DNA of 42,430 bases from IMG/VR virus record IMGVR_UViG_3300031578_000123, positions 1 through 42,430 of that record; one strand, written 5' to 3'. Each line of letters starts with the position of its first letter. The stretch's first letter is position 1. Both the position numbers and the translations under genes were made by a program. A model generated the notes under the pieces. It made no database searches. It saw only the letters and a program-made list of their open reading frames with translations, and had not been told where the DNA came from. Source of the stretch: a virus. Shown one piece after another: positions 1 through 8,734 of the stretch.

Positions 1-127
1 TGGATGTATTGTATGGTGCTTCGGCATACCCACACTATCCGATAGTCCCTGCTGATTATAGCAAATCCCACTATGCTTTGATAATCGGCAATGCTGCTAT
101 ACCCACAACTGCTAGTGGTGAGTGGGT
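1..127. repeat. Terminal overlap: bases 1-127 identical to 42304-42430 (circular-assembly closure; unique genome length 42,303 bp)
   Basis: Direct comparison of the two window ends (tggatgtattgtatggtgc...gctagtggtgagtgggt in both). Confidence 0.95.
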
Positions 128-557
128 ATCCATACCTCTCAATGCCAACGGTATAGCTAGGATTGAGAAAGGTACTGGAGGTAAAACTAGATTCTGCATA
201 AGGCTAGATAGGGATAGTGAGAATAATCCTCCTACCTCTGATGGTTATATCTATGTTAAGCTATCATTTCCCACAGAGGACAAACAACCAAAACTTGTGA
301 TTACCTACACATCATCCCAGAGCCTGTTGGTATCCACATTAGCATTTACAGATGTAACCAAGGAATCATTAACTATGAATGGTGAGATAACCAGTGGTCT
401 AGCCACAAAGCGTGGATTTGATTATGGTGCTATTTCTGGTGCGCTGGCAAGTGAGTGGTACGAGGAAGGTTCATTTGGTCCTGGTGCCTTCTCCAAGGAA
501 ATAACTGGTTTAACAGCAGGACAGGAATTTTGTTGCAAAGCAAAGGCGTGTGAGTAA
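1..557 (+). CDS. 3' part of a virion/tail-associated structural protein; 5' part is 42006..42430 (gene crosses the circular junction, about 284 aa in total)
   Basis: ORF 9..557 is in frame with the ATG at 42006 once 42304=1 is applied. FLVWDTSSIPSDAIITAAEILAY resembles DNRLRE-type beta-sandwich domains (from memory, unverified). Confidence 0.75.
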   Translation, partial: DVLYGASAYPHYPIVPADYSKSHYALIIGNAAIPTTASGEWVSIPLNANGIARIEKGTGGKTRFCIRLDRDSENNPPTSDGYIYVKLSFPTEDKQPKLVITYTSSQSLLVSTLAFTDVTKESLTMNGEITSGLATKRGFDYGAISGALASEWYEEGSFGPGAFSKEITGLTAGQEFCCKAKACE

Positions 558-1162
558 TGACTTGGGTATATGGTAGTGAACTTTGTGTGGAACCGCACAT
601 TCTAGTATGTGATTGGGTATATGGTGCTGAGGTATGTGTTACATTACCAACAACAGTGTACCCAACCTCAGCTAAGGTAAGAGTTACCAGCCTTGTGCAT
701 AGATGGACTCCAGGCGATTATACATTGCAGATAGGATTGGGTGAATTGACCACAGACTTTACCATCCCAGATATAATACTTAAACCACCACCAGCAGTAA
801 CACCAGGACCAGAACCTGTACCTCCTGGACCAATAATGCCAGTGTGCATTGAAGGTAACTACACCTGTGTAGGTAGAGACAAGTATGTATGTTTCGAGGG
901 TAGGTGGAGATTAGCACTAGCCAATGCTCCTGAATGTGTCGGAGGTGGTTGCCTTGAGGGAAGTTATAAATGTGAAGGAACCGATAAATATGTCTGCTTT
1001 GAGGGTAGATGGCGGTTGTCATTAAGTAATGCTCCAGAGTGTGGAGGCGGAGGTAGCTGCTTAGAAGGAAGCTATAAGTGTGTGGGTGCTAATAAGATGG
1101 TTTGTTTTGAAGGGAGATGGAGACTAGCCCAAGCTAACTCTCCAGAATGTAGGGGTGCATAA
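557..1162 (+). CDS. Cys-rich tail-fibre/receptor-binding candidate with three tandem ~36-aa modules
   Basis: 201-aa ORF, TAATG-coupled to the upstream gene; Pro-rich linker followed by 3 repeats C-x-E-G-x-Y-x-C-x-G-x2-K-x-V-C-F-E-G-R-W-R-L-x5-P-E-C. Confidence 0.7.
   Translation: MTWVYGSELCVEPHILVCDWVYGAEVCVTLPTTVYPTSAKVRVTSLVHRWTPGDYTLQIGLGELTTDFTIPDIILKPPPAVTPGPEPVPPGPIMPVCIEGNYTCVGRDKYVCFEGRWRLALANAPECVGGGCLEGSYKCEGTDKYVCFEGRWRLSLSNAPECGGGGSCLEGSYKCVGANKMVCFEGRWRLAQANSPECRGA
845..1150 (+). repeat. Three tandem in-frame coding repeats (~105-111 nt each) encoding a 4-Cys module
   Basis: CIEGNYTCVGRDKYVCFEGRWRLALANAPEC / CLEGSYKCEGTDKYVCFEGRWRLSLSNAPEC / CLEGSYKCVGANKMVCFEGRWRLAQANSPEC. Confidence 0.9.
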
Positions 1163-1548
1163 TGGGACGGGAAAAGACAGGTAGACCAAAAGATATAGAT
1201 TCTTGGAGACAGCGACAATATCTTGACCTCCAACAGAGGAAGTTGCATATCTCTGCTGGTTCCATAACCTGGGATATGCTAACTGATGGTGTAAAGAAAT
1301 TACTAACTGTATTACCAATAGGTAGGTATGGTGGTGATGGCTCTACCTTCGATGTTGGTATTGATGAGTTAGGTAGGGTTGTATTTGTCCCTATAACATA
1401 TGGTGGTGGCACCTATGGCCTGTGTGTTTATGGTGCAGAATATGGCCTCTATGGCACAGGGAAGTATGGAGCCACCTCTTATGGGTCAATTATGGTTTAC
1501 GGAGGTAAATATGAAAATGGCAAATATGGTGAAAGCAAATATGAATAA
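1162..1548 (+). CDS. Hypothetical protein with Gly/Tyr-rich C-terminus (structural region)
   Basis: 128-aa ORF, TAATG-coupled to the upstream gene; repeated YG/KYG motifs in the C-terminal half. Confidence 0.55.
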   Translation: MGREKTGRPKDIDSWRQRQYLDLQQRKLHISAGSITWDMLTDGVKKLLTVLPIGRYGGDGSTFDVGIDELGRVVFVPITYGGGTYGLCVYGAEYGLYGTGKYGATSYGSIMVYGGKYENGKYGESKYE

Positions 1549-1562
1549 GGAGGTAATGTAAA

Positions 1563-2792
1563 ATGGGTAGTGGAACAGCTGTTGCGACTGGTGATGTAAT
1601 CACCGCCGCTAAAATGAATTTAAAACTGGAGACAATAGTGGATGCCGACATCACGCATGACTCAGGTGATTGGACTGTCGGTGAGGATGGTGCAGGGCAG
1701 GATATAATCTACTATACGGATACTGCTGGGAGGGCGATGACCTGGGACCCTTCGGATGATTCCTTGGAATTTGACGATGATGTCCATATAGCATTTGGAG
1801 ATGATGATGATGTGGAGATTTACTGGAACGGCTCAAACCTAATAATCATGCCAGCTACTGATGACACAGGAGCAATCACAATTGGTGATGGCACCAATAA
1901 GTCTATGGACTTTCTGTGGTATGGCACTACCGCAGCCAAGTATGTCAAGTTTGACCTTGGTGGTGATAAGGTAACTTTAGAGGATATAGACCTGTACCTT
2001 GGCGATACCGACTATCTGATATTTGGTGATGGTGCTGATATAACCATAAGGTGGACCAGTGCATTGTTGGAGATACTACCAGCCACGGATGATACTGGTG
2101 CTATCAACATTGGTAATGGTTCTGCAAACATAGACCTCAAGATATTCCTAGGTGCTGCTGGTGTCTATGCTGATTTTAATGTAGGTACTGCTTCCCTAGT
2201 CTTAGTAGGAACAGCAGCTACAATCCTATCAATAACCAGCACACTGACTGGTGCTACTGCCGACAACGCTGTGGAGATGGATGTAACTGATGAAATGACT
2301 ATATCTGGAGGTATGAACCGTGCCCTACATATCAACTATTCTGCCACTGGAGCACAGTCTGGTACTGCCCAAATAAATGCTATTGCCATTGATATGGACA
2401 TATCCGATAACATAGGTGATTGGATGCCGCTTGCCATATACACTGGAACCGTAGCTGACAAAAACATAGGGAACTTCTTCGGTATTTCTATGTATTTTGA
2501 GGACTTTGGTAATGGTGTGGCTAACTTCTGTGCATTGGATATAGGCTACAATTCACCTCATGCACCATCTGGTCGCAATGCCTTTATGAGGTTAAGGCAA
2601 CACAATACAGTCCAAGCCGATAGTGCGGTTATGCTCCTAGAAGGAAATAGTGCTGCTGGTTATTTCCTGGTAGGTGATGTTGCTACCAACCTAATAGAGA
2701 CTGGAGATGTTACCTCAGGCAAAACCTGTACACATGGTGTGAGGTGTAAAGTAGGAGCAACAGTGTTTGTTCTAGCAGGTTATGAAGATTAA
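1563..2792 (+). CDS. Tail fibre/spike-like structural protein with internal duplication
   Basis: AGGAGG RBS; N-terminus GDVITAAKMNLKLE is typical of phage fibre N-termini; duplicated segment PATDDTGAITIGDG / PATDDTGAINIGNG. Confidence 0.65.
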   Translation: MGSGTAVATGDVITAAKMNLKLETIVDADITHDSGDWTVGEDGAGQDIIYYTDTAGRAMTWDPSDDSLEFDDDVHIAFGDDDDVEIYWNGSNLIIMPATDDTGAITIGDGTNKSMDFLWYGTTAAKYVKFDLGGDKVTLEDIDLYLGDTDYLIFGDGADITIRWTSALLEILPATDDTGAINIGNGSANIDLKIFLGAAGVYADFNVGTASLVLVGTAATILSITSTLTGATADNAVEMDVTDEMTISGGMNRALHINYSATGAQSGTAQINAIAIDMDISDNIGDWMPLAIYTGTVADKNIGNFFGISMYFEDFGNGVANFCALDIGYNSPHAPSGRNAFMRLRQHNTVQADSAVMLLEGNSAAGYFLVGDVATNLIETGDVTSGKTCTHGVRCKVGATVFVLAGYED

Positions 2793-2808
2793 ATAAAAGG
2801 AGGTATTT

Positions 2809-3210
2809 ATGAAGGTAACTAATAGGGACATTTTTGAGGGGAGAAAGGCTATTCAGGAATTACTTGGATTGAAACTACCCGTAAGGACAAGTTTGCAGGT
2901 TGCCAAACTGAGTAGGAAATTCAATGAGGTATTAAAGGATATAGATGTTGTTAGGCGAGGATTGATTGGTACCTATGGCACTGAATCTGGAAAGAGTGGT
3001 AAGGAAGTCAAGGCGGATAATGAGAATTTCCCAAAGTTTATGCAGGAATTTGATGAGTTGCTGGAAACAGAGGTTGACATTGAAGCAACCAAGGTAAAAC
3101 TTCCTGAGGTGATTAGTGCTACCTGTGATGCTTGTCATCACAATATGGATAGACCATTAGAGATAGAACCTTGGATTCTTGCAGCATTGGAGAAATTCGT
3201 GGAGGTGTAA
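2809..3210 (+). CDS. Hypothetical protein (structural module)
   Basis: 133-aa ORF with AAGGAGG RBS, co-oriented with and tightly packed among structural genes. Confidence 0.65.
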   Translation: MKVTNRDIFEGRKAIQELLGLKLPVRTSLQVAKLSRKFNEVLKDIDVVRRGLIGTYGTESGKSGKEVKADNENFPKFMQEFDELLETEVDIEATKVKLPEVISATCDACHHNMDRPLEIEPWILAALEKFVEV

Positions 3211-4876
3211 TATGAATTTGACGGAAACGAGAGCAGCCCTGATAATTGACCTGGCGGATGCGGCCTGGGATACTGGTGAGCTGGACAGAGGAGTAACAAA
3301 GGCTGTTGCTGACCTATCCAGATTCCTCCCAGATGAGGCGGTCTATGAGCATACCTTTGTCCTTGAGGTAACAGATGGACCGTGGACAAGTGCTGCTGCT
3401 CATGGAACCTATGTGGAGTTGGCCAATAAACCAATCAAATGGGATTCTGAAACAATCAAAAGTGCTGATGGTGTTACTACATATACCAAAAATACGGATT
3501 ATACCTTTGACTATATGAATGGCAAGGTGACCACTATCAGTGGTGGTTCTATGGCTGTGGGTACTGCCTATCTAGCTACATATACCAAATACAGAGAGGG
3601 CATTGATATTGGTTCCATGGATACCAACCTAATTAGGGTTAGGAGAGTGGAATATCCACTAAGCTCCGAGGCCGTGATGAAGTTTGTTCCATTCTTTATT
3701 TGGGGTAATATCCTCTATATTGCATCCGAGCAAATGGCGGACAAGAAGCATATAGCTATTTATTATGATAAGGAGTGTACCGCACCAACTGTTACTGAGG
3801 ATGGTAGCTTTGACCCTGTATTGGATGAGGTAATCCTCAAAGGTGCTGCTGCCTATGCCTTGATGTCCAAAGGTCTAAAAGCTGAACATGATGCCAAAAT
3901 TGCCATTGGTGCTGCTGATACCGCTATTGCTACCATTGATAAAGCCAATGCCGAGACAGCATTAAGTAGTGTTGCTGGTAGGATAACTGCTGCCACCACA
4001 GCATTAGAAAAGATTACCTCAGAAGCTGCTGCTATTGGAACAGCCCTAACTGGTATAGCAGCTTACCTAACCCTAGCTGATGCTGCTCTGGTCAAGGTGC
4101 CTATTGAAGTAGCAAAAGCTGGTAGTGATACTGGTGAGGATATGGAGAACATAAATAACCTACTCACCGATGCAGATACCGCTTTGGATAGTGTTGCTAC
4201 CAAGATTACTGCAATGGGAACAGCATTAGCTGAGTTAGCTGCTATGTGGACAGATGAGATAACCTTCAGAACCTATGCCAATGCTTACCTAGAATCAGGT
4301 GATGATTACATCAATAAGGTTAATGTTGGTGACAGTGTAGCTAATCTCTATGCTACCTATGCACAGGTACAAGCTACCTTGGCGAGGTTGTCCGAGAACA
4401 GAAGGGCTGGTAAACTAACCGAAGCATCTACCCAATTATCTGGTGCTTCACAGCATATTGGTGAGGCTAACTCCAGAGCTAACCTTGTCAATGGTTATAT
4501 CTCAGAAGCCAGGGAGAGGGTAAACCAAGCCAGAGCATATGTGGATGAGGCAAGTGGTTGGGTAGCTCTAGTTGATAGGCTAGTAGCAAATGCCAATACC
4601 AGATTGGGATTGATTACCAATTACATTAGTGAGGCTAATACCAATATGTCCCAGGCTGGTGGGCACATTGCCGAAGCTACTAGCAGACTAGCTTGCCAGG
4701 AGCTAATAGCTAGACAGGCTGATACATACAATGCTATTGCTACACAGCAAATGTCACTAGCAGAGAAATACCTAGCCGAAGCTGTTGAGCGTAGGAATGA
4801 GTTTTGGAGTATATTGAAGGACAAAAGTCAGATGCGTAGGGAATACAGTTTAGTATCCCAAAGACAAGCAGTATGA
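3211..4876 (+). CDS. Structural protein with long Ala-rich coiled-coil C-terminal half
   Basis: ATG at 3211 preceded by GGAGGTG (preferred over the track start 3179). About 300 aa of heptad-like, Ala/Glu-rich sequence with repeated ISEA motifs. Confidence 0.7.
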
Positions 4877-5358
4877 ACTATTTAGAGGAAACCGAAAAGG
4901 CATATTTGGCTGGTATTGTGGACACAGAATGCCATCTTGGTATTACAATCAAACACCAAAAAACACGGCGTAATCCTATATATGCTCCCACATTAAGGTT
5001 GACCATGATAGACCCTGAGGTGGTTTGGTGGGCACACGAGTTGACTGGTCTTGGTTCTGTGCATCTTTTACCACGGAAACCACCTTGTCATGATATATGG
5101 TTATGGGCAGTCACACACAGGGAGCTGGAAGAATTGCTACCTGAAATAGAGCCTTATTTACTGGTTAAAGGTGAAACAGCCAGATTGATATTAGAATTTA
5201 TGGGTAGGTTAGGTTCAACAAAGGTGAAATCTAATGAGGAGCACCAAACTAGATTGGATATGGTATTCCGAATCCGCCAATTAAATCAAGCCAATAGGTT
5301 GGACAAGCAGCAAATGAGAAGGGAGTATAGCTTGGTAGCACAAAGACAGTCAGCATGA
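4873..5358 (+). CDS. Free-standing LAGLIDADG homing endonuclease (single-motif type)
   Basis: KAYLAGIVDTECHLG motif near the N-terminus; 161 aa; ATGA overlap with the upstream stop, in a different frame. Confidence 0.85.
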   Translation: MNYLEETEKAYLAGIVDTECHLGITIKHQKTRRNPIYAPTLRLTMIDPEVVWWAHELTGLGSVHLLPRKPPCHDIWLWAVTHRELEELLPEIEPYLLVKGETARLILEFMGRLGSTKVKSNEEHQTRLDMVFRIRQLNQANRLDKQQMRREYSLVAQRQSA

Positions 5359-5426
5359 CACTGATTATATTTTGGTCGGTTATCATAATAACAGGGATTA
5401 TCCTTTATAAGAAGATTAAGGACTAA
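5355..5426 (+). CDS. Micro-ORF encoding a 23-aa single-TM peptide (MTLIIFWSVIIITGIILYKKIKD)
   Basis: ATGA-coupled to the homing endonuclease stop; hydrophobic core plus basic tail; too short to be sure. Confidence 0.3.
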   Translation: MTLIIFWSVIIITGIILYKKIKD

Positions 5427-5427
5427 T

Positions 5428-5625
5428 TTAATCCTTGACTATAAGTAGATTACCATTGTCCATTGTAACCAAGTGACAATTTACCTTCCCATGTAGTGTT
5501 GTAACAACCAAGGTACCATGTAGCGCAAATATATCTATGCTCAATACTATGGATGGGTCAATGCCAAGTTGTTTACAAATCTTTAGTCCTGCTTCCACAC
5601 TGTTGCCTGGTATGCTTTTACTCAT
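5428..5625 (-). CDS. Hypothetical protein (last gene of the leftward operon)
   Basis: ORF 5428..5634. The ATG at 5625 overlaps the polymerase TAA (TAATG) and follows a GGTGGGAA RBS. Confidence 0.5.
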   Translation of the reverse strand: MSKSIPGNSVEAGLKICKQLGIDPSIVLSIDIFALHGTLVVTTLHGKVNCHLVTMDNGNLLIVKD

Positions 5626-7271
5626 TATTCCCACCTTTGTAGGTACTTAACCTCAATCGGTGTTTGCAATGGAGCTATGTCATCCAGATTTGGTAACTCC
5701 ACTCTACCATCGAATATCATTTCATCATGTACCTGCATTACAATTGGTAAGTCCTTGCACCTAATCAATGCCCTTTTCAGAATTTCCGCAGCACTACCCT
5801 GAATTGGGTAATTAACAGCTTTCCTTTGTATCTTACCCTCAGACTCCTCATCTAATGTAGGTAATCTAATGCTCCTACCAAACAATGTAGTGACATAAGG
5901 ATTCCTTAGTGATTCTTCCTGCAATGTTTGGATATAATCACCAGCCTCTTTGTACTTAGCAAACCACATTTCCTTTAACTGCTTGGCTCTGGACAAGCTT
6001 CTAATATGAGCAGTTTCCATAATAGTTTCATCCGTAGCTCCATATATCATGGAAAAGTTGACATTCTTTGATGGTCTCCTAGGTATCCCTAAAAAATCAG
6101 CGGTTGTTTGGTGAATGTCTCCACCAGTATCATAGATATATTGCATTTCCCTATCATCAGACAGGTATGCCAGTATCCTTAATTCTATCTGGGAAAAATC
6201 ACCGTCTGTGAAAACCCCATTATCTGGTAGAAACATATTCCTGACCTCACCCTTAGGTATATTCTGCAGGTTCCTATCCGTTGAGCTAATCCTACCAGTA
6301 ATAGCATCCAAATGAAACCTCGTATGCGCCCTTTCCTCCTTAGCCCAAGGTTTGATATAAGTACCGAGTAGTTTGGACTTAGCTCTGTAATCCAAAACCA
6401 TCGATGCTAATGGGTCACTCATCTTTTCAAGTATCTCCACACTGGTGCTTAATTGCTTTTTGCCTGACCTACCACCCCTTGTAAATGGTATCCTGTTGAA
6501 AACACCATACGCTCCCCTTTTAGCTAATATGTACCCAACCTGCTGTGAGGAACCTGGATTAAATCCATCAGTATATGCCAGGTCAATGTAGTAGTTGACT
6601 TCCTTTTCCAGATTTCTCTCCAACCTAGCCCTAACATCTTGGTCTAATAGTATTCCCTTAAATGACATACCTACTAGGATTGGTATAAGCTCCATCTCGG
6701 TATTGTAATAATCCGCATTGACCTTTGGCAACAGGAAGTCATGTACTGCATGGGTAGCCACAGCATCCTGACAGCATTTCATGGCTACCGTTTCCTGTGG
6801 CAAATCCAGCATTATCTGTCCTTTGCCAAGTATTTCTGGGATTGTGTGTACCTCATAGAACCTGCCACCATTCATTCCCATATGGCTTGCTAGGTCAACC
6901 AGCTTGGATGGCCTAATGTTCAACAACTGAGCTAGGACATTGGTATCACCTATATTCCCATTATAGATTTCATATTCCCTGAGACACAGTAGGTCGAATG
7001 GTGCATTTTGGAATACCTTTTTCACACTAGGGTCTTTTAGTAAGTTCCAAGGAATATATGGTGATTGTTCGGGGAATAGTGGGAAGTAGAAAGCCATTTC
7101 TGGGTTAGGTGATATACCAACCCCAATGGCTATTCTTTCCTTGAGTGAAATGGTTTCCGTGTCCACTGCTATTACCTTAGGGTCAGTGAGGAAATCCGTG
7201 TACAAACCAGCTCTTGGTTCTACATCACCATAATAGTAGAAGTTCCGTCCAATGTCATATGCAAAATACAT
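5625..7271 (-). CDS. Family A DNA polymerase with compact 3'-5' exonuclease domain
   Basis: Exo I VIAVDTET; Exo II NAPFD; motif A DGDFSQIELRILAYLS; motif B RRPSKNVNFSMIYG; motif C VMQVHDEMIF. Confidence 0.95.
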   Translation of the reverse strand: MYFAYDIGRNFYYYGDVEPRAGLYTDFLTDPKVIAVDTETISLKERIAIGVGISPNPEMAFYFPLFPEQSPYIPWNLLKDPSVKKVFQNAPFDLLCLREYEIYNGNIGDTNVLAQLLNIRPSKLVDLASHMGMNGGRFYEVHTIPEILGKGQIMLDLPQETVAMKCCQDAVATHAVHDFLLPKVNADYYNTEMELIPILVGMSFKGILLDQDVRARLERNLEKEVNYYIDLAYTDGFNPGSSQQVGYILAKRGAYGVFNRIPFTRGGRSGKKQLSTSVEILEKMSDPLASMVLDYRAKSKLLGTYIKPWAKEERAHTRFHLDAITGRISSTDRNLQNIPKGEVRNMFLPDNGVFTDGDFSQIELRILAYLSDDREMQYIYDTGGDIHQTTADFLGIPRRPSKNVNFSMIYGATDETIMETAHIRSLSRAKQLKEMWFAKYKEAGDYIQTLQEESLRNPYVTTLFGRSIRLPTLDEESEGKIQRKAVNYPIQGSAAEILKRALIRCKDLPIVMQVHDEMIFDGRVELPNLDDIAPLQTPIEVKYLQRWE

Positions 7272-7277
7272 TCCTGA

Positions 7278-7517
7278 TTATAACTCCATAGCATATTCGT
7301 TTGGAAAACCTGTTATCAACCAATCAACCAGGTCATTCATGTCTTTTGTTTTCAGTGGTTCATGCCTGAGGAATGGGAATCTACCTATGTCATATCCGTG
7401 GAGTTTTACCTCAACTAGGATTGTAACTAGGTAGGTGAAATCTATCACATCATCTTCACTGACATGGTGCAGTACCATTGGTCTTCTTCTTCCCATGTGT
7501 ATTCTTATTACATTCAT
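7278..7517 (-). CDS. Hypothetical protein
   Basis: 79-aa ORF with AGGAGGAAC RBS, in the operon. Confidence 0.6.
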   Translation of the reverse strand: MNVIRIHMGRRRPMVLHHVSEDDVIDFTYLVTILVEVKLHGYDIGRFPFLRHEPLKTKDMNDLVDWLITGFPNEYAMEL

Positions 7518-7654
7518 TTGTTCCTCCTAACCCTATGCCTTTTGGATTCCTTGCCATGTTTCATTCCATGAATCATAGCATCCACATAAACCTTGTGCAG
7601 TAATGTTTCCAGCCGTGTCCAATGTTCCTCTGCTGTTTGTTTGTCTGATTTCAT
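7514..7654 (-). CDS. Small hypothetical protein (46 aa, MKSDKQTAEEHWTRLETLL...)
   Basis: Below the ORF-track size cutoff. ATGA-coupled at both ends (to the methyltransferase stop and the next start); AGGAGAAATAA RBS. Confidence 0.5.
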   Translation of the reverse strand: MKSDKQTAEEHWTRLETLLHKVYVDAMIHGMKHGKESKRHRVRRNK

Positions 7655-8463
7655 TTATTTCTCCTAAAAATTACTATATCCTCATCATCTATGGTAGCAT
7701 AACCCTTGCTTCTCCATACATCTTGATAGCCACTACCAGTAGCTTCCCGCTTAAACCATGCTATATTCTCAAAACCAAATCCAACACAGGTTCTGATTAA
7801 CCAATCACTGAGATATACCCTTTTTCCTTGGTTTATGTAATCCTTCAGCACCACTGTTAGTGTGCCACCAGGTATAATGCTGTCATAGCACAACTTGTAA
7901 ATCTTCTCCATTGCCTGGTTGTACATAAACCTGTTGAGATTCCCAACATTTCTTGGGTCAGTTGAGTAATTAGCTTGGTGTTTGTGGGAGTATGCCATTG
8001 TTTTCCATTTCTCCTTCATCTTATCATCCATAGGATTTTTGGACTTTAATATCATTGCGTATGGAGGACTAAAGATAATGTGGTTAACTGGTATTGGCAT
8101 AACATTCCTACAATCACCACCGATTATGATTATGGTATTATCTGTGGCTGGTTTGATTATCTCCCTGGCCTGTATCATTATTTCCTGATAGCGTTTTTCC
8201 AGCTCCACACAGACAATGTTCCTACCCAACAATGCTCCAATCATTATGGTACCTGTCCCAGCCATAATGTCCATAATGGTATCACCAGGTTCACTGATAT
8301 ATTCTATTATGGATTCAACCATAGCAAAGTTATATTTGGCTGGGTGGTCCATTGCTTCTGGAGGGAACAGGTCTTGTCTTGGACCCTTACCCTTATCTAA
8401 TGGGAACAGTATCCATCCCTGTTCATTCCTAGGGTAACTTATGGCGAATTCACTTTTTACCAT
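7651..8463 (-). CDS. Orphan DNA methyltransferase, (S/D)PPY type (N6-adenine or N4-cytosine)
   Basis: AdoMet motif I IMDIMAGTGT followed by catalytic motif IV IIFSPPYA. The ORF is open to 8535, but MVKSEF at 8463 avoids a long overlap. No cognate endonuclease nearby. Confidence 0.85.
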   Translation of the reverse strand: MVKSEFAISYPRNEQGWILFPLDKGKGPRQDLFPPEAMDHPAKYNFAMVESIIEYISEPGDTIMDIMAGTGTIMIGALLGRNIVCVELEKRYQEIMIQAREIIKPATDNTIIIIGGDCRNVMPIPVNHIIFSPPYAMILKSKNPMDDKMKEKWKTMAYSHKHQANYSTDPRNVGNLNRFMYNQAMEKIYKLCYDSIIPGGTLTVVLKDYINQGKRVYLSDWLIRTCVGFGFENIAWFKREATGSGYQDVWRSKGYATIDDEDIVIFRRNK

Positions 8464-8734
8464 TAAATTCTTTGTCCTTTGCTTTGTCCCACCCATTCTT
8501 CTTATACCATTGCATACCACACTGAGGACATTCAAACACCAAATCGGAATCTCTGACCCATGTCAATGGAACCTTGCATAACATACAATAAGGCATGATA
8601 GCTATCCATCTATAACTAGCAATGGTTTGTGCCTCATGTAATGCTTTCATAACACCAAAGGTAATGTTTACTGATTTTGGTGGTACTATTATCTTATCTA
8701 GGGTTATTGTATCAATGCCTTTTATCTTTTCCAC
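8450..8734 (-). CDS. Zinc-ribbon protein
   Basis: CMLC...CPQC pairs in a 94-aa ORF. Confidence 0.6.
   Translation of the reverse strand: MEKIKGIDTITLDKIIVPPKSVNITFGVMKALHEAQTIASYRWIAIMPYCMLCKVPLTWVRDSDLVFECPQCGMQWYKKNGWDKAKDKEFNGKK

Noticed and set aside
1-127. 127-bp direct terminal repeat as a biological DTR
   Set aside because: An exact 127-bp identity at the contig ends is what a k-mer-overlap circular assembly produces, and a gene reads straight through it. A true terminal redundancy cannot be excluded without reads.
780-1412. Minus-strand track ORFs overlapping the fibre genes (780..1022, 1124..1318, 1134..1412)
   Set aside because: They are antisense to RBS-equipped, repeat-containing + strand genes in a uniformly + strand operon, and they have no RBS.
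3179-3210. Upstream start (3179) for the coiled-coil structural gene
   Set aside because: It would overlap the preceding gene by 32 nt and has no RBS. The ATG at 3211 follows GGAGGTG at ideal spacing.
4873-5358. The LAGLIDADG ORF as an intein or an intron-encoded endonuclease within the structural gene
   Set aside because: It has its own ATG, lies in a different frame and follows an in-frame stop of the host gene. I saw no intein splice-junction residues or group I core elements.
5400-5430. Weak AAGGA...TCCTT hairpin at the convergence of late and early operons as a bidirectional terminator
   Set aside because: The stem is only 5 bp with no flanking U-tracts, and the region may instead encode the 23-aa micro-ORF. 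The support is insufficient.
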